Assembly (NCBI GenBank): GCA_964389465.1
Contig: CAYMDK010000004.1
Span: 15,034-79,033, forward strand
Direction: 5' to 3'
DNA length: 64,000 nt
Source of the DNA: an uncultured archaeon
Lineage (GTDB): Archaea > Thermoplasmatota > Poseidoniia > MGIII > CG-Epi1
In this document: piece by piece, positions 1-8,549 of the stretch
Position numbering within the stretch: position 1 is the stretch's first letter
How the letters are laid out: every line of letters starts with the position of its first letter
Position numbers and translations under genes: made by a program
The notes under the pieces: generated by a model
What the model was told of the DNA's origin: nothing
Databases searched by the model: none
The model's input: only the letters and a program-made list of their open reading frames with translations

Positions 1-672
1 GACCGGCGCCTGCCGCACCAGCCGGCCGCGGTGGATTATCGCCGCCTCGCTGCAGAGCTGCTGCACCTCCGCCAGCACGTGCGAGCTGAGCAGGATGGTG
101 AGCCCCTCGCTGTTGAACTGCCGCAACAGCTTCCGCAACGCGGCAACCCCGCGGGGGTCCAGCCCCGAAGTCGGCTCGTCGAGAACCAGCAGCCGCGGTC
201 GGTGCAGCAGCGCTACCGCCAGCGCGAGGCGCTTGCGCATGCCGAGCGAGAAGCCGCGCACCGCGCGCGTGGTTTCGCCCGCCAGCCCCAGCTGCCCCAG
301 CAGCTCTTCGCCGCGCGACTCAATTTCGTCGCGCGCCACCCCGTGGAACGCGCCGTAGAACTGTAGCGTCTCCTCCGCAGTCAGGTGACCGTGCAGGCCG
401 ACCTGCTCGGGCAGGTAGCCGATTTCCCCGTGCCCCTGCGTCGCGTCAAGCGGCTCGCCGTCGAGCCGGATGCTGCCCGCATCCGCGCGCAGGATGCCGA
501 CGATACAGCTGATTGTCGTCGTCTTTCCGGCGCCATTCGGGCCGAGGAAGCCGAACATTGCTCCTTCGGGGACCGACAGGTCCAGCCCGCGTAACGCCTC
601 GACGCGCGAAACCTCGCGCCCCCAGCGGCGGACGGGGTAGCCCTTCTGCACGCCCTCAAGCTCCAGCAGCAC
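1..672 (-). CDS. ABC transporter ATP-binding subunit (ABC-2/CcmA-like); C-terminus lies beyond the window edge
   Basis: Not in the ORF track because there is no stop inside the window. The reverse-strand frame ending at nt 1 reads VLLELEGVQKGY..MFGFLGPNGAGKTTTISCIVG (Walker A)..FSLGMRKRLALAVALLHRPRLLVLDEPTSGLD (signature + Walker B)..ILLSSHVLAEV (H-loop). GTG at 672-670 gives a typical N-terminus. In-frame GTGs at 711 and 717 are alternative starts. Confidence 0.85.
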   Translation of the reverse strand, partial: MLLELEGVQKGYPVRRWGREVSRVEALRGLDLSVPEGAMFGFLGPNGAGKTTTISCIVGILRADAGSIRLDGEPLDATQGHGEIGYLPEQVGLHGHLTAEETLQFYGAFHGVARDEIESRGEELLGQLGLAGETTRAVRGFSLGMRKRLALAVALLHRPRLLVLDEPTSGLDPRGVAALRKLLRQFNSEGLTILLSSHVLAEVQQLCSEAAIIHRGRLVRQAPV

Positions 673-694
673 GCTATTGCACGCTGCCTCGCGG

Positions 695-702
695 TTATAA
701 AA
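695..702. promoter_or_regulatory. Shared TATA box (TTATAAAA) for the divergent ABC ATPase and priL genes
   Basis: AT-rich near-palindromic octamer in GC-rich DNA. It lies about 25 nt from GTG 672 (minus) and about 25 nt from GTG 723 (plus), which matches archaeal leaderless spacing. Confidence 0.4.
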
Positions 703-722
703 CCGCAGCACCTGCACTCGTC

Positions 723-2099
723 GTGAGGGACCTCTGGCGCTACCCGTTCCTGCCTGCCGCCCGCGAGGCGGTGCAGGAACTGCAGCTCGAAGATTTGCTC
801 GACGACCCGCTCTACGGGGAAGCGAATTCGATTGCAGTGATGCGACTCGAGGCGGCCGCCGCTGGAGGGAAAATTGCGACCGGCACCCCCTCCGACGAGC
901 GCGAAGAGCAGGACCAGCTGCTCGGGTTCCTGATTTCGCGCCTGATTCTGGCGGCTGCCGGCGACCCCAACCTTGCCAGCCAGGTCGCCCTCGCCGAGGC
1001 GCTGCGCGCCCAGCGATTCCTGGCGTCCGAGGAGGAGGCCGGGCTGGCCCATATCGCGTCCGAGCTGGGGCTTGCTGCGCGGCGCGAGAACGGAGGTTAC
1101 GTAGTCCCCTTCGGCGACTACCTCACCGCTGCCGCCAGCCTTCGTGAGGGCAAGTGGAAACTGGTCAATCGCGGCGTCAGCCACGGAATGGTTTCGCTGC
1201 CACGCGAAGCGCTGGAACGGCTGCTGCGCGAGGTCATCGCCAACCACCTCAGGCAGCTGCCCGAGGCACCCGACGGCATCGCCGAGCGGTATGCGCCCGA
1301 AATCGAGGCGCTGCTGCGCGTGACCAAGCAGCGCCGCGAGAAGGCGATTCGCGAAATGGGCCGGCTCGATTTCGGCAAGGCACCACCCTGCTTCAATGGC
1401 CACCTGGCCGACTTGCAGGCGGGAGTCAACCTGCCGCATCCGGCGCGCTTCTTCCTGACGACGTTCCTGACCGCACTGGGACAGGAGCCCGAACAGATAA
1501 TGCAGCTTTACGCCACTGCGCCCGATTTCAAGGAGTCTGTAACGCGTTACCAGGTCGAGCACATCACCGGCAAAATCTCGGGGACCGAGTACGATACCCC
1601 GGGCTGCGAGACGCTGATTTCGCAGGGCGTCTGCCCCGGCGGCAACGCGCTCTGCCGCGAAATTCCCCACCCCCTCAGCTACTACCGCGTCATGGCTGAG
1701 CACGAGAAGCCCGACGCGGTGCGGCGCAAGCGGCTGCGCCTCGCCGAGGGCCGCGGCGATGCCGGATTCTGGCAGGAGCTGCCGCTCAGGGCGGCTGGCG
1801 AGGCGCCGCAGCGCTCACTCGCTGCGGCGCTCAAGGCTGGTGCGCAGAGCCGGGTCAGGGTACAGGTTAGCTACTTCAGGGCCCGGCGCGACAAGCGCGG
1901 CGACGAGTTTGTCCGCTGGGCCTCGGCACGGCTCGCTGACGATACGGTCGCGAGGCCGCTCGAAACCCTGCCGCTGACGCAGTGGGAGCTGGCGCTGCCG
2001 CTGGCGCACGCGCGGGAGCGGGGCGCGCCGGTCGAGGTGACGCTGCTGCCGGTGAAGCTGGAAAACCAGTCCCGGCTCCACATCCTGGCGGTCGACTGA
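723..2099 (+). CDS. priL: DNA primase large subunit PriL with an extra ~128-aa C-terminal extension
   Basis: ORF 513..2099. Nucleotides 513-722 overlap the ABC gene, so GTG 723 (VRDLWRYPFLPAAREA) is preferred. Motifs seen: APPCFNGHLADLQAGVNLPHPARFFLTTFL and TPGCETLISQGVCPGGNALC, the PriL Fe-S domain signature. Confidence 0.8.
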   Translation: MRDLWRYPFLPAAREAVQELQLEDLLDDPLYGEANSIAVMRLEAAAAGGKIATGTPSDEREEQDQLLGFLISRLILAAAGDPNLASQVALAEALRAQRFLASEEEAGLAHIASELGLAARRENGGYVVPFGDYLTAAASLREGKWKLVNRGVSHGMVSLPREALERLLREVIANHLRQLPEAPDGIAERYAPEIEALLRVTKQRREKAIREMGRLDFGKAPPCFNGHLADLQAGVNLPHPARFFLTTFLTALGQEPEQIMQLYATAPDFKESVTRYQVEHITGKISGTEYDTPGCETLISQGVCPGGNALCREIPHPLSYYRVMAEHEKPDAVRRKRLRLAEGRGDAGFWQELPLRAAGEAPQRSLAAALKAGAQSRVRVQVSYFRARRDKRGDEFVRWASARLADDTVARPLETLPLTQWELALPLAHARERGAPVEVTLLPVKLENQSRLHILAVD

Positions 2100-2105
2100 A
2101 AACGC

Positions 2106-3341
2106 TCAGCCGAGCCGGATGCGGCGGCCGCACTGGCAGATGAATTTGGTCGTCTCGGGCGGGATAGCGTGCTTGCGGTCGCAGTTGGGACAGGTGACCT
2201 GCCGGTCGCCGGCGTGCTGCTCGGCGGGCGCGACGTATTCTTCGCACTTCTGGCAGTAGTAGTCGGTCGCGTAGCCCGAGTCAGGCCAGTGCTGCAGCGC
2301 GCTGCCATCCTTCGGGCAGTGGAAGCCAGCCCCCTTCGGTGCCGGTGGCTTGCCGCTGGGTCGCGGCGGCTTCCCGGAAGGCGCCTTGCGCTTTACCTTG
2401 CGTCCGCTGCGCTTCGCCTTGCGGGCGGTCTTCTTCTTCACCTTGCGGCGGACCGGTGCCGCGGCTGCGGCCGGTGGCGCTGCATCGTCGCCAGCGTCTT
2501 CCCCGGTATCTTCTTCCGAGCTGTCGGCCAGCTCGGCACCAGAGGTCAGCTGCGCCAGCAGCTCAGTTTCGGAGAGTCCCTGCTCAGGAACGTTAGCGCC
2601 GATGCTATCATCAATATCATCATCTTCATACTCGTCATCGTCGTCATCCTCGGTGCTTGGCAGATCCACCTCGTGGCCTGTCCCCATCATGCTTTCCTTG
2701 AGCGGGTCGTATTCTTCCCTCTTCTGCGGCGCCAGTTCCTCGGGGTCGAGCAACCGCTTCACGCCGAAGCCGAGGATCAGCACCAGCAGGAGGCCACCTA
2801 TGGCGTAGGGCAGTATCCCAATGATGCCTGCCAGATCCGGCAGGCTGAGTGAGACACCATCTTCCTCGGCTGCCCTTACGTTGACGAACATCGTCTGTTC
2901 GCCGAGCAGCGAGCCGTTGTCGTGCTGGGCCCGTACGGTAACTTGCAGGACCCCGACGTAGGTGCCGTCGCGCGCGTAGCCGTTGGTTCCTTTCCCGGGC
3001 CACTTGATGTAGTAGCGGTCGAAATCCGGTGGAATCTCGTTATCGTCTGGTGCATCATACGAGGCGACGCCGTCAATCTGGTCCCGCACTGTATCCAGAT
3101 ATTCACCGACCACGACCAGGCGGGAAACATTTTCCTTGTGTGAATCGGTCAGGTCAATCCAGATTTTAATTTCCCGTCCGCTCTCGACCGTGACGGTGTT
3201 TTCGTTGTGCCCCCCCATCAATTCCTCGTTGATGTAGACCGTGATATCGGCCGATGCAGCCGGCATTGCCAGTGCCAGCAGCGCCAGCAAAAGCACGCCA
3301 TATTTGCCCGTCCGCGAGAGCTTATAGATTAACAAGTGCAC
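2106..3341 (-). CDS. Single-pass membrane protein: secreted N-domain, TM, acidic/basic low-complexity linker, C-terminal double zinc ribbon
   Basis: The signal-like N-terminus is GVLLLALLALAMPAASA and the TM helix is LAGIIGILPYAIGGLLLVLILGFGV. An acidic run (DDDDDEYEDDDIDD) and a basic run (VRRKVKKKTARKAKRSGRKVKRK) follow. Four Cys pairs are present: CPKDG..CQKCEE..CPNCD..CQCG. Confidence 0.6.
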   Translation of the reverse strand: MHLLIYKLSRTGKYGVLLLALLALAMPAASADITVYINEELMGGHNENTVTVESGREIKIWIDLTDSHKENVSRLVVVGEYLDTVRDQIDGVASYDAPDDNEIPPDFDRYYIKWPGKGTNGYARDGTYVGVLQVTVRAQHDNGSLLGEQTMFVNVRAAEEDGVSLSLPDLAGIIGILPYAIGGLLLVLILGFGVKRLLDPEELAPQKREEYDPLKESMMGTGHEVDLPSTEDDDDDEYEDDDIDDSIGANVPEQGLSETELLAQLTSGAELADSSEEDTGEDAGDDAAPPAAAAAPVRRKVKKKTARKAKRSGRKVKRKAPSGKPPRPSGKPPAPKGAGFHCPKDGSALQHWPDSGYATDYYCQKCEEYVAPAEQHAGDRQVTCPNCDRKHAIPPETTKFICQCGRRIRLG

Positions 3342-3362
3342 CAGCCGCGGATTTGCCCGCAG

Positions 3363-3370
3363 ATATTAAG
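3363..3370 (-). promoter_or_regulatory. TATA box (minus-strand CTTAATAT) for the 2106..3341 gene
   Basis: AT-rich octamer about 25 nt upstream of the GTG start at 3341. Confidence 0.35.
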
Positions 3371-3405
3371 ATTTCGATTCGCGAGGGAGCCTGCGGACAA
3401 CTGTC

Positions 3406-4692
3406 TCAACTTAACAACAGCCGTTCGCCCTTCGCGGCCGCGTCCCCGCGCGCCCGTTTCGGCACAATCAGCGCGACCGCCCACGGCGGGACAGCGCGCT
3501 GTTGCAATGCCTCCGCCAGCGGCGAGTAGCGTTTGAGCGACCGCAGCCGCCCGCCATCGAGCACGCGGATGCCGGTCGAGGCGATGCGCGGCTCTGAGAG
3601 CAGCAGTTCCGCCAGCGGCAGGTCGATAATGACTTCGCCCGGCTCCAGCCCGAGCCGCTTCGCGATGCGCGCCTCTGCACGGCGACGGTTGGTGGCGTCG
3701 GCCAGCGGCCGCAGCGGTTCGCGGTGCTCGTCACCGATTTCCTGCGGCGAGAGCGCCCAGGCGACCTTGTAGAGCCGTCGGTAGCGCAGCCGCTGGAGTG
3801 TCTCGCGCTGGAAGCCGCCCAGCTCCTCGAGCCGTGCGTCGAGCTCGGTGTCGACCAGCGACTGCACCTCCAGCGCGCCGAGGTCGTCAATCTGCTCGAC
3901 CGCGCGCGCCAGCATCAGCTCGGCGATGCGGACGGTCTTGTGGAAGTAGACTGCCGAGTACATCAGCGTCCGCGCCACCAGCATCCCCTCAACCGCCGGT
4001 ACGCCCGAGCGGGAGATGACCAGCTGGTTGTTGTGCAGCACCAGCGAGTGGACCAGCCGCTCGCCGTCAATCGTGCCGTGCGCCACGCCGGTATAGTGCG
4101 AGTCGCGCAGCAGGTAATCTATCTGGTCGGCGTCGACCGTCGAGTGGACCACCTGCCCGCGATACGCCGGCCCGGAGTAGTGCGCCTGCCCGTCGTGGAC
4201 CGCCAGCCGTGACTGCTCGCTGTCGCCGAGGGAGCCGGTCACCAGCGCCGCCACTTCCGCGGGGTCGAGGTCGTGCGCCGCCAGGACTTCGGGAATGGTC
4301 GCCCCCCCCAGCACCGTATCGGGCGGCGGCTGGCGTCCCGTTATGATGTCTTTGGTAATCGCCATGTGGTCGACGCCCAGCCGCTCGTGCAGGATGGCTT
4401 CGAGCGTGTGCGAATACGGCCCGTGCCCGACGTCGTGGAGCAGCGCCGCCGACGCAATCAGCGCCGTTTCCCATTCCGCGAGCCCGAGGTTGCGGCAGAT
4501 GCGGCGCGCGGTGTGGCCGACACCCAGCGAGTGCTCGAGCCGGGTGTGGTTAGCGCCGGGAAAGACGAGGTGCGCCAAGCCGAGCTGCCGGATGGAGGAG
4601 AGCTTCTGGAACTCGCGCGTCTCGAGCAGCGGCTCGAAGCTGCCTTCAAGCGAAATCGCGCCATGCACGGTGTCGTGCACCACCTGGGCCAT
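3406..4692 (-). CDS. HD-domain phosphohydrolase (COG1078, SAMHD1/dGTPase-like dNTP triphosphohydrolase family)
   Basis: NHTRLEHSLGVGHTARRI ... AALLHDVGHGPYSH metal-binding HD signature. The 428-aa length is typical of this family. Confidence 0.85.
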   Translation of the reverse strand: MAQVVHDTVHGAISLEGSFEPLLETREFQKLSSIRQLGLAHLVFPGANHTRLEHSLGVGHTARRICRNLGLAEWETALIASAALLHDVGHGPYSHTLEAILHERLGVDHMAITKDIITGRQPPPDTVLGGATIPEVLAAHDLDPAEVAALVTGSLGDSEQSRLAVHDGQAHYSGPAYRGQVVHSTVDADQIDYLLRDSHYTGVAHGTIDGERLVHSLVLHNNQLVISRSGVPAVEGMLVARTLMYSAVYFHKTVRIAELMLARAVEQIDDLGALEVQSLVDTELDARLEELGGFQRETLQRLRYRRLYKVAWALSPQEIGDEHREPLRPLADATNRRRAEARIAKRLGLEPGEVIIDLPLAELLLSEPRIASTGIRVLDGGRLRSLKRYSPLAEALQQRAVPPWAVALIVPKRARGDAAAKGERLLLS

Positions 4693-4713
4693 GTCCTGCT
4701 AACGTCGGGACGG

Positions 4714-4719
4714 TTATAA
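4714..4719. promoter_or_regulatory. Palindromic TATA element (TTATAA) upstream of the HD gene; a second element TCTTAAG at 4738-4744 fits the cupin gene
   Basis: The element lies 22-27 nt from the ATG at 4692 (minus). TCTTAAG is centred about 26 nt before ATG 4767. Confidence 0.35.
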
Positions 4720-4766
4720 CCGCGCGGCCGCCGGAAATCTTAAGCCGCTCAACGGCTTCGCCGAGC

Positions 4767-5219
4767 ATGGGCGAAGACGAACTTTCACTGAGCGGCGAAC
4801 AGGTTGATCTGGCGCAGTTCGTGAATGACGAGGGCGGCATCTGGAGCCTGCGGCAGGTCGAGAAGGTGCGTGGCTGGAACAGCATCGAGTATGGCGCCGG
4901 CCTGTCGGGGAAGAACACCCCGTCGACCGCGCTCTCGATGAACCGCGCCTACATCCCGCCGGGCGGGGTCGCGAAAGCGCATATCCACGTCGATTTCGAC
5001 GTCATGATTTACCTGCTTCGGGGCAGCGTGCGACACGAGTTCGGGCCGGGCTGCCGCCAGTCGGTCGTCCACTCGGCGGGCGACATGTTCTACATCGAGC
5101 CGGGACTGCCGCACGAAGTGTTCAACTGCTCCGACGACGACTGGGTCCACGCGGTCGTCGCGCGTTCCGATGCGTCGGAATGGCAGAATATTGTTCCCTA
5201 CGACCGCGACTCCGAGTAG
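4767..5219 (+). CDS. Cupin-domain protein
   Basis: GGVAKAHIHVDFDVMIYLLRGSV...GDMFYIEPGLPHEVFN matches the two cupin metal-binding motifs, G(X)5HXH and GX5PXG(X)2H. Confidence 0.7.
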   Translation: MGEDELSLSGEQVDLAQFVNDEGGIWSLRQVEKVRGWNSIEYGAGLSGKNTPSTALSMNRAYIPPGGVAKAHIHVDFDVMIYLLRGSVRHEFGPGCRQSVVHSAGDMFYIEPGLPHEVFNCSDDDWVHAVVARSDASEWQNIVPYDRDSE

Positions 5220-5220
5220 C

Positions 5221-5227
5221 ATTATAA
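5221..5227 (+). promoter_or_regulatory. TATA box (ATTATAA) for the CBS/CGL operon
   Basis: Centred about 26 nt upstream of ATG 5250. Confidence 0.4.
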
Positions 5228-5249
5228 CCGGCACCACATCCCCGGCGCG

Positions 5250-6704
5250 ATGGGCAGCACGAACGGACCGGACGGGAAGAACGGCGCGCTGCCGGCCGGC
5301 AGCGCGCCGGCCCGACCGCAGGTCCACGACAGCATCCTGAGCGCCATCGGGGAGACCCCGCTGGTGCGGCTGCCGGCCGGTTTCGAGCCGGGGGTCGAGT
5401 GCGAAATCCTGCTCAAGGTCGAGTTCATGAATCCGAGCGGCAGCATCAAGGACCGCATCGCGCTCTTCATGGTTCGCGAAGCCGAGCGCAAGGGGCTGCT
5501 CAAGCCCGGCGGGCGCATCGTCGAGTGCTCATCCGGGAATACCGGTGCCGGGCTCTGCATGGTGGCGGCGGCGCTGGGCTACCCGATTACCATCGTCATC
5601 CCGGACAAGATGAGCCAGGAGAAAATCGACGTCCTGCGCGCCTACGGGGCCGAGGTGGTAGTCACCCCCGCCAACGTCGCGGTGGACCACCCCGACCACT
5701 ACACTCGCAAGGCGCAGCAGATTGCCGAGGATACTCCCGGCGCGTGGTGGCCCAACCAGTATCACAACCCCGACAACACCGACGCGCACTACCACAGCAC
5801 CGGCGCCGAAATCTGGCGACAGTGCGAAGGGCGGCTCGACGCCTTCGTCGCCGGCGCCGGTACCGGCGGCTCGCTCGCCGGGGTCGCGCGCTACCTGAAG
5901 AAGCAGGACCCCGCGGTGCAGGTAGTGGGGGTCGACCCGCCCGGCTCAATCCTGGCCGACTACTGGCGGACCGGCGAACTGGTCGAGCCGGGCTACTACT
6001 TCGTGGAGGGGGTCGGCGAGGAGGAAGTCCCGGGCGCCTGGGACCCCGAAGTCGTCGACGACTACCGCGTCGTCACCGACGCCGATTCGTTCGCGATGGC
6101 GCGCCGGCTGGCGCTGGCGACCGGCATTTTCGGCGGCGGCTCGACCGGCATGAACCTTGTCGCGACCCTCGACATCGCGCGCAAGCTCCCCGCCGAGGCA
6201 CGGGTCGTGACGCTGGTGCCCGACTCGGGGCGCGCCTACCTGAGCAAGGTCTATAGCGAGGACTGGCTGCGCGACCTGCGCTTTCTCCCCGCAACGCCGG
6301 CTGCCGACGCGACGGTCGCCGACCTGGTGCGCGATGGCGCGCGTGCCTGGGTCAAGCCAGGAGAGACGCTATTCTGGGCGGCGCGGCACATGGGCGAACG
6401 CGGCGTCCGCCCGCTCCCTGTGCTCGAAGAGGAAGGCGGCGCGCTGCTCGGCGTGGTCGATGAGGCGCGGCTCACCGAGCTGCTCGCCGCCGGCGCAGCG
6501 CTGGAGCCGTTGCTGGTGCAGGATTACATCGCCGAGGCGGGACCGGTGCTCGACGCCAGCGCCCCGTGGAGTGAGGCGCTGGCGGCGCTGGCCGAGCATG
6601 AGCGGGTGCTGGTCCGGGAGCCGGATGGCTGGGCGGTGCTCGAGCGACGCGATATGTTAAGGGCACTGCCGCGGCTGGACCACGGAGGCGCAACCGATGT
6701 CTGA
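5250..6704 (+). CDS. Cystathionine beta-synthase / cysteine synthase-family PLP enzyme with C-terminal CBS-pair domain
   Basis: NPSGSIKDRIALFMV (PLP lysine) and SSGNTGAGLCMVAAALGYPITIVIPDKMSQEKIDVLRAYGAEVV. The C-terminal ~120 aa (RPLPVLEEEGGALLGVVDE..) looks like a CBS domain. Confidence 0.85.
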   Translation: MGSTNGPDGKNGALPAGSAPARPQVHDSILSAIGETPLVRLPAGFEPGVECEILLKVEFMNPSGSIKDRIALFMVREAERKGLLKPGGRIVECSSGNTGAGLCMVAAALGYPITIVIPDKMSQEKIDVLRAYGAEVVVTPANVAVDHPDHYTRKAQQIAEDTPGAWWPNQYHNPDNTDAHYHSTGAEIWRQCEGRLDAFVAGAGTGGSLAGVARYLKKQDPAVQVVGVDPPGSILADYWRTGELVEPGYYFVEGVGEEEVPGAWDPEVVDDYRVVTDADSFAMARRLALATGIFGGGSTGMNLVATLDIARKLPAEARVVTLVPDSGRAYLSKVYSEDWLRDLRFLPATPAADATVADLVRDGARAWVKPGETLFWAARHMGERGVRPLPVLEEEGGALLGVVDEARLTELLAAGAALEPLLVQDYIAEAGPVLDASAPWSEALAALAEHERVLVREPDGWAVLERRDMLRALPRLDHGGATDV

Positions 6705-7890
6705 CCCCGACAAGCACGTTCCCCCCAAACGGGACCCCGACGCCCGCTTCGGGACCCGCGCTGTCCACGCCGGCTGGGAACCCGACGAGCAGACCGGCGC
6801 AGTCATGCCCCCTGTCTACCTGACCAGCACCTTCGTGCAGGACGGCCCCGGCCAGCCGCGCGGCGGCTACGAATACAGCCGCACCCAGAATCCCACCCGC
6901 TTCGCGCTGCAGGACGCGCTGGCCGACCTCGAGGGCGGCGCGGCCGCCTTCACCTTCGCCTCGGGGATGGCCGCCATCCACACGCTGCTGCTGACGCTCA
7001 AGCCGGGCGACCGCGTCGTCGCCGGCAAGGACCTCTACGGCGGCACCCACCGGCTCTTCAACCGGGTCATCGAGCGCTTCGGCGTCCGAATAGATTACGT
7101 CGACACGAGCGACCCGGTGGTCCTCGGGGCACTTCCCAAGGACACGCGGCTGCTCTACGTCGAGACCCCCTCCAACCCGCTGCTGACGATAACCTCGCTC
7201 GAGCAGGCGGTTGCGGGCGCGCGCAAGGTGGGCGCCGAGGTGGCGGTCGACAACACTTTTGCTTCCCCCGCGCTCCAGCGCCCCATCGAGTTCGGCGTCG
7301 ACTACGTCATCCACTCGACCACCAAGTATATCGCCGGCCACAGCGACGTCGTCGGCGGGGCGGTCGTGGTGCGCGACGAGGCGCGCAGCGAGGACCTCTG
7401 GTTCCACCAGAATTCTGCCGGCACCGCCAACTCGCCCTTCGACGCCTTCCTGACCCTCCGCGGCCTGCGCACGCTCGAGGTGCGCATCGAGCGGCACTGC
7501 GCCAACGCGCGCGCGCTGGCCGAGTTCCTCGACGGCCACCCCGGGGTGGACCGCGTGCTCTACCCCGGCCTCGCCAGCCATCCGGGACACGCTGTCGCCC
7601 GCGAGCAGATGGCGGACTTCGGCGGGATGCTCTCCTTCGAGCTCCCCGGCGGGGTCCCGCAGTCGTCCGCGCTGGTGCGGGCGGTCCGGATTTTCCAGCT
7701 GGCCGAGTCGCTCGGCGGGGTCGAGTCGCTGATTGAGCTCCCGGCACCGATGACCCACGCCTCGGTCCCGCTCGAGGCGCGGCTGGCGAAGGGCATCACC
7801 GACGGACTGGTGCGGCTCTCGGTCGGCATTGAGGATTCTGCCGACCTCATTGCCGACCTGGAGCAGGCGCTCGTGAAGGTCCAGATTTAA
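6697..7890 (+). CDS. Cystathionine gamma-lyase / gamma-synthase family (Cys/Met-metabolism PLP enzyme)
   Basis: YSRTQNPTRFALQDALADLEGG, DNTFASP and HSTTKYIAGHSDVVGG (PLP lysine) are present. The gene overlaps the upstream CBS gene by 8 nt (ATGTCTGA). Confidence 0.85.
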   Translation: MSDPDKHVPPKRDPDARFGTRAVHAGWEPDEQTGAVMPPVYLTSTFVQDGPGQPRGGYEYSRTQNPTRFALQDALADLEGGAAAFTFASGMAAIHTLLLTLKPGDRVVAGKDLYGGTHRLFNRVIERFGVRIDYVDTSDPVVLGALPKDTRLLYVETPSNPLLTITSLEQAVAGARKVGAEVAVDNTFASPALQRPIEFGVDYVIHSTTKYIAGHSDVVGGAVVVRDEARSEDLWFHQNSAGTANSPFDAFLTLRGLRTLEVRIERHCANARALAEFLDGHPGVDRVLYPGLASHPGHAVAREQMADFGGMLSFELPGGVPQSSALVRAVRIFQLAESLGGVESLIELPAPMTHASVPLEARLAKGITDGLVRLSVGIEDSADLIADLEQALVKVQI

Positions 7891-7913
7891 TAGCGTCCCA
7901 GCATGGGCTGCGC

Positions 7914-8549
7914 ATGGACCTTTCAGAGCTGGCGCTGGCGACCGGGTTCATGTTCCTGATGTGCTGGACGCCCGGCCCCAACACCATGCTCTGTGCCGCG
8001 CACGGCAACCGCCACGGCTGGCAGGCGACGCTGCCGCTCGAGGCGGGGATGGCGGCAGGCTTCTTCCTGCTGGCAATCATCGTCGGCGCGGGCATCGAGC
8101 TGGTCGAGCAGTACCGCGCAGCACTCGATGTCGTCAAGTATGTCGGTGCCGCGTACATGCTCTACCTTGCGAGCCGGATTGCCAGCGCGTTGCCTGCCGG
8201 GGACGAAGTGGCGCCTCCGGTCGCGGAGGCGCCGCTGGGACCGACCACCGGCTTCATGCTGCAGTTTGTCAATCCCAAGGGGCTGGCCTTCTTCGTGCTT
8301 CTGATGGGCGTCTACGCCCCGCGACTCGGCGCCGGCTTCGGCATCAAGCTGCTGCTCGCCGGTGCGTCGGCCGCAATCGGGATCGGCTCGGTGCTCTTCT
8401 GGTCCGGCGCGGGGGTGCTGCTGAAGCGCATCTTCAGCGACCCCGCCAGCGCGCGGCGCGTCAACCTCGCACTGGGCGCGATGCTCGCGCTGGTCGCGCT
8501 CGATATCGCGTTCCACGAGCAACTGCGCGCGCTGCTCTCACTCCAGTAG
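7914..8549 (+). CDS. LysE/RhtB-family amino-acid exporter
   Basis: N-terminal FMFLMCWTPGPNTMLCAAHG motif, about 6 hydrophobic segments and a 211-aa length. Confidence 0.75.
   Translation: MDLSELALATGFMFLMCWTPGPNTMLCAAHGNRHGWQATLPLEAGMAAGFFLLAIIVGAGIELVEQYRAALDVVKYVGAAYMLYLASRIASALPAGDEVAPPVAEAPLGPTTGFMLQFVNPKGLAFFVLLMGVYAPRLGAGFGIKLLLAGASAAIGIGSVLFWSGAGVLLKRIFSDPASARRVNLALGAMLALVALDIAFHEQLRALLSLQ

Noticed and set aside
513-722. N-terminal 70 codons of the 513..2099 ORF
   Set aside because: This part overlaps the well-supported ABC ATPase gene on the other strand and translates to Arg/Pro/Ser-rich junk. GTG 723, behind a TATA box, gives a canonical PriL N-terminus.
381-1703. 440-aa ORF on the minus strand, antisense to priL
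   Set aside because: The translation is Arg/Ala/Gly-rich with no motifs. It lies entirely opposite a gene with clear PriL signatures. Long antisense ORFs are expected in ~70% GC DNA.
3406-4692. HD-domain dNTPase as an anti-viral dNTP-depletion defence gene
   Set aside because: It is a stand-alone gene with host-like composition, surrounded by housekeeping genes and with no defence-island neighbours. It is more likely the general COG1078 housekeeping phosphohydrolase.
6472-7758. 428-aa minus-strand ORF antisense to the cystathionine gamma-lyase gene
   Set aside because: It has a GC-driven, low-complexity composition, and the plus-strand frame carries the PLP-enzyme motifs.
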